64,000 nt of DNA. Origin: Octopus vulgaris (taxonomy: Eukaryota). Made by a program: the position numbers and the translations under genes. Shown piece by piece: positions 28,330-41,441 of the stretch (position 1 is the first letter of the stretch; every line of letters starts with the position of its first letter). A model generated the notes under the pieces. The model was not told where the DNA came from and did not search any database. It saw nothing but the letters and a program-made list of their open reading frames with translations. The stretch covers positions 56,916,001 to 56,980,000 of the forward strand of contig OX597820.1 of the NCBI GenBank assembly GCA_951406725.2, given 5' to 3'.

Positions 28330-28928
28330 TTCAAATGAAATCAATATTAAAACAAGAAAATGAAACAAAATGTAGACGCTCCCACGTTTCTTTGTTCCTC
28401 TCCAACATTTGGCTACTTACCTCAGCCACAAAGCAACCACTTGTTTTTCATACGACTGGGATTTTATCGATTCAATTGACTTCATGTATATGTGACTGAT
28501 GTATATTTTATTGTTAGATGAAATGCAGCGCTGCAATCGTGATCGGGAAATGAAGTCAGATCGTAAATGGAAGACACTAAATAGTGTATGATGGCGCCCT
28601 GACGCTTCTATTAAATTTCGGTTCTATATATCTGGAAGACGCATGCGCACCCGCACAAACGTACTCACACGCGCGCCTGTACGCGAGCACACACTGAACG
28701 CACTCGACTTCCTGAAGTATCGAGTACATAATTTTGTATCCGTAAGCATTGTGCATGGCAACAAACGCATTCATATTTATATGTATGTATACATTGATAC
28801 GTGCATACATTCATATACAAACACTAACTCATACACCCCTCACACACATACACACCTACACAACGCATTTATAAGTTTACATATATACATATGTATATTG
28901 GTATATGTATATGCAAAAATATATATTG

Positions 28929-28974
<46 letters not shown>

Positions 28975-30002
28975 CGCGTGTGTGTGTATATACATATATA
29001 TATACACATACACCCATCCACATCCACATATATATACACACATACAAATATATGTGTGTGTATATATATATGCATATATTTATATAAACGTTTCACTGTG
29101 TGAGTATGCGCATACAGACGTTCATTTAAGTGTGATTATGTGTGCATGCGAATGTTTGAGTGTATGTATGTATGTATGTATGTATGTATGTATGTATGTA
29201 TGTATATATGTATGTATATATATATATATGTATGTGTGTGTATATATATATGTATACACACCACACACTCAGAATATAATATAACAAATATATGCATGTA
29301 TATATGTGTGTGTGTGTGTATAAATATATATATATACACATATATGTTCATGTATGTATATATACACATATACATGTGTGTATATATATACACCTACACA
29401 CACATATATATACACGCACAAACGCATACATATATTGTTTTCTGTTCAACGGAGAACGCTCAAAGCCACATAATCAGTCGGATATCCGCGTGAGATTCAT
29501 GGCAAGGATTTAATGGCCTCGTTACTCATAAATGCGCATATAATACACTCTGCACGCCTGCGTACCAAGGTGCACGGTGCGTTTTAATGTATCTTTTAAT
29601 GGGAACTCATATTCAAACGCAGCACTATGTACACAAATACAGACATGCAAACACGTAACGCATAACATACGCGTGTGTTTGTGTGTGTCTGCCAGTATGT
29701 GTGTGTGAGTGTGTGCGTATTATATATATATATATATATATATATTCATGAATATCTGTATTTCATTTTTGTAGTTGAATGTATGTGTCGTTTGCAGATA
29801 TTTGGAAGGGATGCCGAAGCTATTGCAGAAGCACCTTTGTTAACGTTGGGCACTTTGTCCATTACGTAAGAATATTTGTATCAAGGCATTTTGGTTTGTG
29901 TCTCATGGGTATATTTTAAATTCTTTTGTGTGTATGTATGTATGTGTGCGTGAAGGTGAGCTATGTGTTTATGTTTACACATTTTGCATATTACATCCTA
30001 CA

Positions 30003-30118
<116 letters not shown>

Positions 30119-30120
30119 TG

Positions 30121-30529
30121 TTTCTTTATTAGCCACACTGCTGAACACAGAGGGGACAAATTACAAAGCAGAGCTTTTCTTTTGGGGGAGAAAAAAGGTG
30201 GGGTAGGTTTTCGAGCAAAAGGGATCGTAAAAAAAAAAAGAAACGATCAACTGGGATCGTGTATCACAGAAATGTCATGATGTAAAGTGTAAAGGGAGAA
30301 ACAGATAAGGTTTATCCGTGGAAAGAAAAGCCTATGGAAAAGATCACGATAACCTCGGTCAATAATGTCACATGTTAACACATTTATTTGCAAGTTAGTA
30401 ACTCTCTGTTTTAAATTTTTCCGGGCTCATAGGATTGTGCTCATGGTGGCTTCGTCATTCATACGTGCCATCCTTGCTACATTCACCTATCTTTTTTTGA
30501 AATATTCACTAGACAAAACTTGCATCTCT
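30121..30529 (-). mobile_element. LINE 3' end (L1/Tx1-like) in a (GATA/GACA)n tract
   Basis: ORF end QVLSSEYFKKR*VNVARMARMNDEATMSTIL*, then a 3' UTR ending GGCTAATAAAGAAA; related copy at 51969-52132. Confidence 0.6.
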
Positions 30530-31204
30530 ACTAGATAGATAGACAGACAGATAGACAGACAGACAGATAGACAGACAGATAGACAGACAGATAGACAGAC
30601 AGATAGACAGACAGATAGATAGATAGATATGTATATATAAATGCACATATATGCTTACATACGTACATACACACACATATGTATATACACATATGTATAT
30701 ACCTATATGTACATATATACCAATATATTGTATAAATGTTGCATGCATATACGTTTCAGTCTGTGTACACATTGAAACAGAAACACGCACATGCACGTCT
30801 ATCAAATGATCGTAATTGGCCATCAGCAGGGAACTAACGTTAGAATAAAACAACAAATTTGTTATATGGTTTACGAAGTAGTTAAAGAGAATCTAGTCTT
30901 GAGAACACTGTACGAAGGTAGATAGCTAAAATAGAATATTGCTAAATAGTAAGTTACAACGTACCTAAATAGGAATATGTTAAATGGTTCAATAGGAACG
31001 TAGCAAAATAGGAACATTGTTGAATATGCTCCTAAATTCAGTGAACATTACTTAATAGGAACTTTGCTAAATTACAACATTTCTAAGATGCAACGTTGCT
31101 AAATAGCAGCATTCCTAAACACGAATACAGCTAAATAGAAATACAACTAGAAAGGAAGATAGCTAGTTAGGAACATTGGCGGGGCATTGTTAGATAGGAA
31201 TATA

Positions 31205-32493
31205 TTGGGTTGTCCGGAAAGTTCGTGCCGATTTTTAAAGGAAAGAAAAAGGTCAATAAATACTTGCCATTACATTTTTTAATCAACCAAATATGAACCA
31301 TTTTGTTGCACAATGCGTCTCCATGTTTCCTTTAACTTGAAAATACCCTCTTCCCAGAATTGATGTGGTTTCATGGCAAAGAATTCATCAAGGTATCTTT
31401 TTACGTCATGCAAGGAATTGAAATTTTTACCATTATGACTATTCTGCAGAGACCTGAATAAGTGGAAATCCGAAGGAGCAATGTCTGGTGAATATAGAGG
31501 CTGGGGTAACACATCCCAGCCGAGCTGCAGTAATTTTTGTCTGGTTCCCAAAGAAACGTGTGGTCTTGCATTATCATGTTGGAAAACAACACCCTTCCTG
31601 TTGGCCAATTCTGGACGTTTCTCTTGAATTGCTGCTTTTAACTCATCCAGTTGTGTGCAGTGTTCCTCAAAATTAATTGTCTGGTTACTTGGGAGAAGCT
31701 CATAGTACATAATTCCTTTCAAATCCCACCAGACACAAAGCAAGACTTTTTTAGAGTGAAGAGCCACTCTTGGGGTGGCTAAGGGTGGCTCATGTAGCTT
31801 ACTCCAGGATCGCTTGCGCTGAGCATTTCGGTAGATAATCCATTTCTCATCACCTGTCACAATTTGCTTTAAAAAGGGCGCGTTTTCAGTCCGTTTATAA
31901 AGTGAATCACAGATGGAAATGCGATCCAAAAGGTTCTTCTCACTCAACTCATATAGTACCCAAACATTGTAGCGATTTGTGTACCCAAGCTTTACCAGGT
32001 GCTCATGAACGATGGATTTTGATAGGTTGGGGCTTTCTGCCAATTCTCGGGTTGTGCAATGCGAGTTATTCTCAATAAATGACTTTATTTGGTCATCATC
32101 TGTAGTGGATGGTCTGCCTGATCGCTCTTTATCAATAGGGCTACAATCTCCAGCTCGGAACCTTGCGAACCACTTCCGTACAGTTCTTTCGGATAAAGAA
32201 ACATCACCGTAAACTGCGCATATTTCTTTGGTTGCTTCTGAGGCATGCATTTTTCCCTTCACGGAAAAAGAAAAGCTTCAAGTGCTGAAAATGAACTTTA
32301 TTGTCTTCCATTTTAAAGGGTTACAGAATTAACACAGGTTATAGGAACATAAACCTTCTTCCACGAAAAGATAGTTTAAACTGTGCTCTAAATGGAGGTG
32401 TAGTCAAATCCTATTTTATGGACTCAACCACGTTCTAAAATAAGTCGAAAGGTAAGCTACTTTAAATCGGCACGAACTTTCCGGACAACCCAA
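31205..32493 (-). mobile_element. Full-length mariner transposon (mellifera-like), 1289 bp
   Basis: Perfect 30-bp TIRs TTGGGTTGTCCGGAAAGTTCGTGCCGATTT; TA TSD at 31203-31204 and 32494-32495. Confidence 0.97.
31279..32311 (-). pseudogene. Mariner DD34D transposase, frameshifted near the N-terminus
   Basis: TGDEKW, HDNARPH and YSPDIAPSD with 34 residues between D2 and D3; WVLYEL variant of WVPHEL; start MEDNKVHFQH at 32311 is out of frame because of the GCATGCAT duplication at 32243-32250; removing 4 nt gives 342 aa. Confidence 0.93.
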
Positions 32494-32556
32494 TACTAAG
32501 ATGCTAAACAGGAACGCAGCTAAATAGGAACATTCCCAAATAGGCACATAATTTAA

Positions 32557-32944
32557 CCCTTTCAGTCACTTTGTTCAATGAATTGGACAATATTTCAGCA
32601 TGAATTACAAAAGAATTATAAATTATAACTAAGTTGAATCAAAGTAACTAATTCATTGGACACCTCTGAAATGCAAATATAACCAAGACCATGTGATTCT
32701 GACTCAGTGTTTGCTCACAAGTCATTGAGGATGGCTGTGTCTTCTGGTAAATCTCACGGATGTAAGTAAATTGGTATATTTTTTACCTAGTGTTGGCAAA
32801 ATTTTTATTTATCTATGCTAAAAATTAAGCATATTGAATTCTTTAAAAATTTACTGAATATGTGTTATTTATCTGTATTTTGTTATAAATAGAAAATAAA
32901 AATTAAAACGTAGGTTTTACTTTTTTTATCCATGACTGAAGGGG
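32557..32944. mobile_element. piggyBac-like MITE
   Basis: TTAA-CCCTTTCAGTCA ... TGACTGAAGGGG-TTAG (TIR 11/12; right TTAA target decayed); interrupts the minisatellite. Confidence 0.65.
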
Positions 32945-33372
32945 TTAGGAGGAGTATTTTTAAATAAATAAAAAGCGTAGCAAAACTGGAACATTGCTCA
33001 ATTGCAACGTTTCTACTTCGTAACATTGCTAAATTGCAACATTGCTAAACACGAATAAATAGGAATAATGCTAATTACCGACGTTGCGAAACAGAAATAC
33101 AACTAAATGGAAACACCACAAATGAAAATCTTTTTAACACACCGCCCCATCTCATTCACTATAAACCTGTCTTTCTATTTCCTAATTCTGCTATTTCATT
33201 TTATCACTGCCTCGGATAACAATTTAATTTAGAACGGGAAAATGTGTAAGGAAATGTATGGCGTTCCCTAACTTTCACACTCATATAGGTACGCACGCAC
33301 TGTTACACACACACCCACCCACACACACACACACATACAAACACACCTACATACGTATGCTAATATATATAC

Positions 33373-33418
<46 letters not shown>

Positions 33419-33428
33419 GTAAATATAT

Positions 33429-33461
<33 letters not shown>

Positions 33462-34113
33462 TATGTGTGTGTGTGTGTGCGTGCACATGCTTGTTTGTTA
33501 TCATAAAAGTGTTTGTATATATGTATGTGTGCATGCCATGTATATATGTATGTATTTATGTATGTATGTATGATTGTATTTATGCATGCATGCATGTATG
33601 TATGTATGTATGTATGTATGTATGTATGTATGTATGTATATATGTATGTATGTATGTATGTATGATTGTATGTATGTATGTATTTATGTATGTATGTATG
33701 CATGCATGTATGTATGTATGTATGTATGTATGTATGTATGTATGTATGTATGTATGTATGCAAGCAAGTGCACACAGCACCTATTCATTGTATTGTGTTG
33801 AAACGAAATTTTAAGAACAGAAGGAAGAAAAAAAACACATGTCTTTCTATACCCTTCCTCGTCACCCCCGGAAATAAAAGAGAAATAAGAAATAAATCAG
33901 CAAGTTGAAACTGGAACAAGGTAACTAGTGGAACAGGAACACCTGTTAGGTTCCTGAAATTACTTATCTCCTTCACAGTTACAACACGCCCCCACACAGC
34001 GCACTTACATGATATACTTCTGCACTACGCCCCCGCAACCATCGTGTTTCTTTTATACAATTACTATACCACTCAGCAATCTCAAACAACATTGACAGCC
34101 TACTTGAAATATG

Positions 34114-34337
34114 TTTCTTTATTACCCACAAGGGGCTAAACACAGAGGGGACAAACAAGGACAGACAAACGAATTAAGTCGATTACATCGACCCCAGTGC
34201 GTAACTGGTACTTAATTTATCGACCCCGAAAGAATGAAAGGCAAAGTCGACCTCGGCGGAATTTGAACTCAGAACGTAACGGCAGACGAAATACGGCTAC
34301 GCATTTCTCCCGGCGTGCTAACGGTTCTGCCAGCTCG
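34114..34337 (-). mobile_element. Family A SINE, near full length
   Basis: Reverse complement of 21038-21268. Confidence 0.9.
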
Positions 34338-34353
34338 TAAAAGACACGTTGTT

Positions 34354-34516
34354 TAGTGCCGTAGCTGGGGTGCATGCCGCCTGGGGATGCCTTTCAGTTT
34401 TACTACCTTTTCCCCCGCCCCATACAAGTTTACACAGCAGACCCAAAAGTGTCGCTCCCCATAAAAACGTCGCCCGGGGTGGAGCGCCTCACGATCCCCT
34501 CGCAGCTACGCTACTA
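34354..34516. mobile_element. Possible degenerate GC-rich MITE (hAT-like termini)
   Basis: TAGTGCCGTAGCTG ... CAGCTACGCTACTA (12/14 inverted); no clear TSD. Confidence 0.4.
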
Positions 34517-34934
34517 GTGATGATGAACAATATGATCGAATGCTTCATGCACAGCAAAATTGGAATGGTCACGGATGGAATGTCTATGATCATAGACCAG
34601 CTCTTGTTTAGCTGATCTCTAAAAGGGATACCCTAGTAGTACAATGATCCAGGACTCAGAGTGTCAAGCTAGAGTCCATGAGTATCTGACGAGTCCCCTC
34701 TCCCAGAAGAATCCTGAATACAAGTGTTGTTCTGCATTGCAAAAGTTATGTCGGTTGTCCCGTTCTCAAGTTTCTACTACTAACTACGAGCACAACTAAA
34801 ACCTTCGACCTGTTAAAAATAGCAGCCAAATTTCCCTGCAACTCACATTCTACCCTTTTAAAATCTAGAAATGAACAGCTTAGAAACCATGAGTCTCTTA
34901 CAACATCTCTTGGAACATCCTTGATCATCCACGC

Positions 34935-35097
34935 ACGTATGGCTGCGTGGTTAAGAAGCTCGCTTTGTAACCGCCTTGTTTCGGGTTCAGTACCGCTGCG
35001 CGCACCTTGGGCAAATATCGTCTACTATAGCCCCGGACTGATTAATGCCTTGTAAGTGAATTTGGTTGAAAGAATCTGTGTGGAAGCCCGTCGTGTG

Positions 35098-35130
<33 letters not shown>

Positions 35131-35390
35131 ATGGTTGTGAGTTTGTGTTTGTCTACACACCACTATTCAACCGATGTTGGTTGGTGTACGTCCCCGTAGT
35201 CTATTGGTTCGGTAAAAAGGATCCGATATAATCAGTACCAGACTTTTAAACAAAGCAAAATAATAACAACAACAACAACAATGCACACACACACACACAA
35301 AATAGTATTGGGGTCAATTTGGTCGACTAAAAATCCTTCAAGTCGGTGCCACAGCATGGCCGCAATCCAAATGACTGAAACAAGTTAAAG
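34935..35390 (+). mobile_element. Family B SINE, older copy
   Basis: Head, internal (TG)n, tail AATGACTGAAACAAG. Confidence 0.75.
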
Positions 35391-35689
35391 ATAATATTCA
35401 AAAGAGATACCGTCTGTTGTATCACGGATGACCTAATTCTAGACAACATCAATGTCATCCTCATCATCGTCGTCGTCGTCGTCATCGTTGTCATCATCAT
35501 CATTCACCTTCTCAATCCTTACGGTTACTGTAGCCATCGATATGGTCACCAACAGTTATCAACATAGATGTCACTGCGATTATCGCTATTTTCAAGCTGC
35601 CATCTTGTCCGTCCTCTCCTCTTCCATCGATATCTAGCACCCGAACCCCTACACAACTACTCCTGTTGCTAGCAGTACGATACATCACT

Positions 35690-36405
35690 GCCACCATCAC
35701 CACCACCATCAAGAAGAAGACCACCACCATCACAACTAGCAAGGACACCATCAATATTACCACAGCCGCCACCACCACTACCACCAACACCCACAACTAC
35801 TACCACCAGCGACAACCAGCATCCTCACTGTCCCATCACCAACACCAACGGCAACCACAGCCACCACCAACACAATCATCACCACCACCACAATCACCAC
35901 CACCACCACAATCACCACCACCAACAACAACAACACGAACAACAGTAACACCAGCACAGCCACAATAAGCATCATCAGCAACTGCCATCAGTGCAATCAT
36001 TAACCCCCTTCTATTACTACCCCCCCCCCCCATCACAAGCACAACCACCGCCACCACTACAAATGCCATTCCTAGTTTTACAGCCGTTGCCGCCCCTGTC
36101 GGCGACATCTTTACCACTAGAATTAACGGCACCATCAACCCCACAAACAAAGGCACTACTACCACCAATACCACCACCACCACCACCACCACCTCCTCTA
36201 ACGCCACCACCACCTCCTCTAACGCCACCACCACCTCCACCACCACCACCACCACCATCACCTCCACCACCACTTCTCGCAATACTGCTGCCACCGCCAC
36301 CACCGCCACCGCCACCACAGGCATCACCACCGCCGTCACCGCCACCACTGTCACCGCCGCAATTGTTGTTGCTATCATCATCATCATCATCATCATTATT
36401 ATTAT
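35690..36405. repeat. Degenerate (CCA/CCG/CAA)n low-complexity region
   Basis: Direct inspection. Confidence 0.85.
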
Positions 36406-37217
36406 AACCGCTTCTTCTATACAATTCCATAGAACGTTAATTGATTTGTAGAAAAGAAATTTGCCATAATCATTGGCAGTCTTATGTTAAGTGGGTTAAA
36501 GAAATCTGTGATGGCAGTAAAAAGACGATGTCGGAGAGAGCGATTTCAGCAGGAATGGTAGTGGTAGTCGTAGTGATGGTGGTAGTGGTGGCAGTGGTAG
36601 TGTTGTTGTGTTGTGCTGTTGAGCATATTGTAGCGGTGGATTGATACACACACACACAAATACATATCTACACATACACACACAGACACATCCACATATA
36701 CTTAAACCACACGCACACATGCACGTATATACACATACACATACATATACATACTCACACACAGACGCACGCGGACATACTTTTATTCCGTTTTGTTTTC
36801 TACTTTCACTTTCGTTCTAAGAACATCAAATAATAGTAACAATAATAATAACGCTGATGATGATGGTAGTGGTTGTGGTGGAGATAGTGGTGGAAGTGGT
36901 GGTGATAATAAGAATATTGATAATGATGATGTTGCTGCTGCTGATGATGATGACGATCATGATGATACAAAGATGGGAAAAAATATAGGACGAAAATCAA
37001 GTCAAATGGGATGAGAGAACACTGCAAGAGAACATGGCAATTTTATTCCTTGTTCTTCCTTTCAAGATAAGATTAAAGTTGTTGTCGTTTGTTGTTGTTG
37101 CTCGTATTGTATTGCTGTATTGTTGTTTTTGTAATTGTCGCTCTTGTTGTTGTTGCTGTTGATGATGATGATGTTTATTTGGGGATGGTTTGAAGTGGCT
37201 AGAATCTAGAGCAGATG

Positions 37218-37328
<111 letters not shown>

Positions 37329-39644
37329 TTATTTATTTATTTATTGGAAGCTATGTTCGATTCCAATAGCTAGCTGGATTTACCTTCCTACAGAATATAA
37401 CTTCAATCTCTCTCTCTCATTTTCTGCCACTCACTTCTCCATGCCCTCCTCTTCTTCCCTCCTTTCTCATTCTCTCTTTCTCTGTCTGTCTGTCTCTCCT
37501 TTACACACACACACACACACACTTTTTGGATTCAAAGCCATTGGAGGCTGATTCTTGGGATCATTCATCTTTCATCTTTTCGTGGATCATAAAATTGTAA
37601 CATACTATCAATGCGAATAATTTCCGGGGGCCAGTATATAATTTGCATAAATAAATAAATAGACAGATAGATAAACAAACAAACAAAAAAACAAATAAAT
37701 AAATGAATAAGAGTCAAGGGAAATAACTTAAATGGATCGTTATTATTTTTCCTTCTTTAGCTGATATTATCAGAGGTGCGAATGTCTAGTTAATTAGACA
37801 TGTAGGTGTTGCTGTCGTTGTTGTTTTTTGGTTAGTGGTGGTTGTATTGGTTGTGGTGGTGGTGCGTGCAACTAGATATTTTGCAAATGATGGTGGCGGT
37901 GGATTGGGTTTGCAGAGAGGTGCAAGATGTTACACGATGTCTTGTTCGGTAACACGTCTTTTGAATTCAAATCTGGCGGATATCCATCTCACCAAACGTT
38001 GCATCTTTCTTTTGCTGTTGCCGCTTCTACTGCTGCTACCGCTGTTGTTGCTGTTATTGTTGTTGCTCTTGTCATTTTTATTGTTGTTTAGCCCAAAGGC
38101 AAACCCGAAAAAGAGAGATAGAAAAAGAAATAACGAAAGAGAGAGACACAGACAGACAGACAGACAGACAGCAGATCTATGATTAAAAGCATTCCAACCT
38201 CATGTCTACTTCATAACTATATTATACCTTTTATGTATGTTTTGAAGATGGTAGGGCGTAATTTGAGAGACGTTGACTGCTATCTCTAGCAAATCAAACG
38301 ACCACGTATTTGATTAAATGAATACCTGTTATAATCATCTGACTGTTCCAGTTAACGAGGGAGCCTCGACAAGGTTGTACGCCTCACTAGAAATAACAAC
38401 CAAATCTCCTTCAAATAACACCCTACCAACTTTTAAAAAATGATGTATTGGATAATGCAGTATTGGATTCCTGGCACATAGGAAAAAAATCTAGGTGGTC
38501 AAATTTGGAACGTCTTTATTCATAAGTTTGCTGAATCGAGTTGACCTGGGTAAAAAAAAAAATAAAACTTGGTTCGTATGTACCTTTAGCTGAGCCTATT
38601 TTGCTGCAGGCATTCAGAGCAGGACATCGACATAAAGACAGCTTCCTATACTCATCCCGAAGTCGCCCCCCCCCTAAATGGTCATGATTGCTTCATTCCC
38701 CATTTGAATAAATTAAATACAGGAAATGCATATCGATCGGTTATAGTTTGTTAGTTAGCTCTATTGATTAGTTTGTGGTTAATTAAGTCTTGGAATATTT
38801 TAGAAAAATACTGTTAACTATTATATACACGGTGGATTAAGGCGGTCAGCCGGTAGAATCATTAATTCCTCGGAGAAAATGCTCGGCAGAGTTTCTCCTG
38901 GCGTCACGTTCTGAGCTCAAATGCCGCCACGATCACTTTTACCTTTCATCATTTCGGGGTCGATAAGATAAAGTCCACTTGAGCACAGGGGTTGATGGGT
39001 TCAATTAGCCCTTTCCCTTCAATACTGCTGGCTTTGTGTCAAATTAGAAAGGATTATACCGGTGGATGGCATAATCGCCAGAGATCTAGAATTAGAAATT
39101 ATTTTGTTATCCTTGGTTACATTCCTTTACATTCTGGATTCAAATCCCGACTTTACCAAAACTTGGAGTCAACTCTGTGTTTCTTTCTTCAGGAGTCAAT
39201 ATAAGTATTTGTAGTATCTGTTTCATAAAGGGTTTGTCATAATGTTATAATCGATTTTTCTCTTTCTACCAATCACAATTTTTGGCTTTATACCAATGTA
39301 AGAAATTTTTATTAGCCTTTATTTTTTTCTTTAGGTGAATTGGTAGATTCGTTAACATGTCGGATGAAATATCTTGCTGTATTTTTCGGATTTTCTTTTT
39401 TTTCTTTTTGGACTTCGTGCTCAAACCCCGCCGAGATCAACTTAGCTCATTATTCTTCCGAAGTTGATAAGATAAATTACCAGCGAAGTGCTTGGTTCAA
39501 TTCAATCGAGTTATCACTCCGCGCTACTAAAAACAGAAAAAGTGATGTTAGCTTTGGGCCTATATTTGAAACGCTTAATGGAGATGGAGTGGCAGAATCG
39601 TTTGCGTTTCGGATAAAATCCCTTACACTATTTATTCAAGCTCT

Positions 39645-39856
39645 TCTACTCTTTTACTTGTTTCAGTAATTTGACTGTGGACATGCTGGAGCACCACCTT
39701 TAGTCGAGCAAATCGACCCGAGGACTTATTGTTAGGAAGCCTGGTACTTATTCTATCCGTCTCTTTTGCCGAACCGCTAGGTTACGGGGGCGTAAACACA
39801 CCAGCATCGGTTTTCAAGCGACTTTTGGGGGGGGGGGGGCACGAACACAGACACAA

Positions 39857-39909
<53 letters not shown>

Positions 39910-40008
39910 CTGCCTTTCGTCGAGCAAATCTTTGTAAGCCTAGTACTTCTTCTATCGGTGTCTTTTGCCGAACCGCTAAGTTACGGGGGACATAAACACA
40001 CCAGCATC

Positions 40009-40071
<63 letters not shown>

Positions 40072-40237
40072 TACGACGGGCTTCTTTCAGTTTCCGTCTA
40101 CTAAATCCACTCACAAGACTTTGGTCGGCCCGAGGCTATAGTAGAAGACACTTGCCCAAGGTGCCACGCAGTGGGACTGAACCCGGAACCATGTGGTTCG
40201 TAAACAAGCTACTTAGCACACAGCCACTTTACGCCTA
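39645..40237 (-). mobile_element. Family B SINE with an internally duplicated 3' segment and (TA)n
   Basis: Segment GTCTTTTGCCGAACCGCTAAGTTACGGGG occurs twice, then the 5' half follows. Confidence 0.8.
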
Positions 40238-40487
40238 TGCTCTTCATGTTCTCAATTCAAATTTCTGCTAAGTATAACTTCGTATTTTGTCTTTCCAGAT
40301 TCGGTAACGCATGTAGTAGTCAGGTATTTGGGTTAATCAATACTTCCACATCTCGAAAATCCTAACCTACTGTATAAATCAGAAAGGATTGTTATTAGTT
40401 AGGCGGCAAGCCTGCAGAATCGTTACAGCGTCGGACAAAATGCTGCCAAGCATTTTTTCCGACATTTTCTGTTCTGAGTACAAATTC

Positions 40488-40892
40488 CTCTTTTACTCTT
40501 TTACTTGTTTCAGTCATTTGACTTCGGCCAAGCTGGAGTACTGCCTTTCGTCGAGAAAATCGACTCCTGGATTTATTCTTTGTAAGCCTAGTACTTCTTC
40601 TATCGGTGTCTTTTGCCGAACCGCTATGTTACGGGGGACATAAACACACCAGCATCGGTTGTCAAGCGATATTGGGGGACAAATACAGACACACAAACAT
40701 ATACATACACATACAGATATATACATATATACGACGGGCTTCTTTCAGTTTCCGTCTACCAGATCCACTCACAAGTCTTTGGTCGGCTCAAGGCTATAGT
40801 AGAAGACACTTGCACCAGGTGCCACGCAGTGGGACTGAACCCGGAACCATGTGGTTGGTAAGCAAGCTACTTACCTCACAGCCACTCCTGTG
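40488..40892 (-). mobile_element. Family B SINE, full length
   Basis: Reverse complement of 23227-23592. Confidence 0.9.
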
Positions 40893-41212
40893 TAGTAAGT
40901 AGTTTCCTTTGTCTTTCATCCTTTCAGTTGATAAAATAAGCACCAAATGAGTACTGGTATCAGTGTAATCGATTAGACACTTCCCCTTAAAATCTGCTGG
41001 CCCTGTGCTCATATTTGAAACCAATGTTATTGAAAAAGATGAGCTGCCAGAATCGTTAGTGCGTCGGACAAAATGCTTAGCAGCATTTCATCCGATTCTT
41101 TACGCTCAAAATTAAAATTTTATCAAGGCTGACTTTGCTTTTCATTCATCCTTTCGTGATTTGATTAAATGAATACCAGTTGAGCACTGGGGTTGATCGG
41201 CGAGCTGGTTAA

Positions 41213-41441
41213 GGCGGCGAGCAGGCAGAAACGTTAGCACGCCGGGCGAAATGCGTAGCCGTATTTCGTCTGTCGTTACGTTCTGGGTTCAAATTCCGCC
41301 GAGGTCAACTTTGCCTTTCATCCTTTCGGGGTCGATAAATTAAGTATCAGTTACGCACTGGGGTCGATGTAATCGACTTAATCCGTTTGTCTGTCCTTGT
41401 TTGTCCCCTCTGTGTTTAGCCCTCTGTGGGTAGTAAAGAAA
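41213..41441 (+). mobile_element. Young family A SINE nested in an older family A copy (about 41035-41500)
   Basis: Older copy breaks at CACTGGGGTTGAT and resumes at TAATCGAC. Confidence 0.85.

Larger units (their letters stand above)
30920..33110. repeat. Degenerate 18-20-bp minisatellite (GCTAAATAGGAACATT-like), split by a mariner and a piggyBac-like MITE
   Basis: Units at 30920-31200, 32497-32545 and 32975-33110. Confidence 0.7.

Noticed and set aside
35836-36430. Formin- or extensin-like proline-rich ORF
   Set aside because: Degenerate CCA repeat open in multiple frames, with no convincing splice sites.
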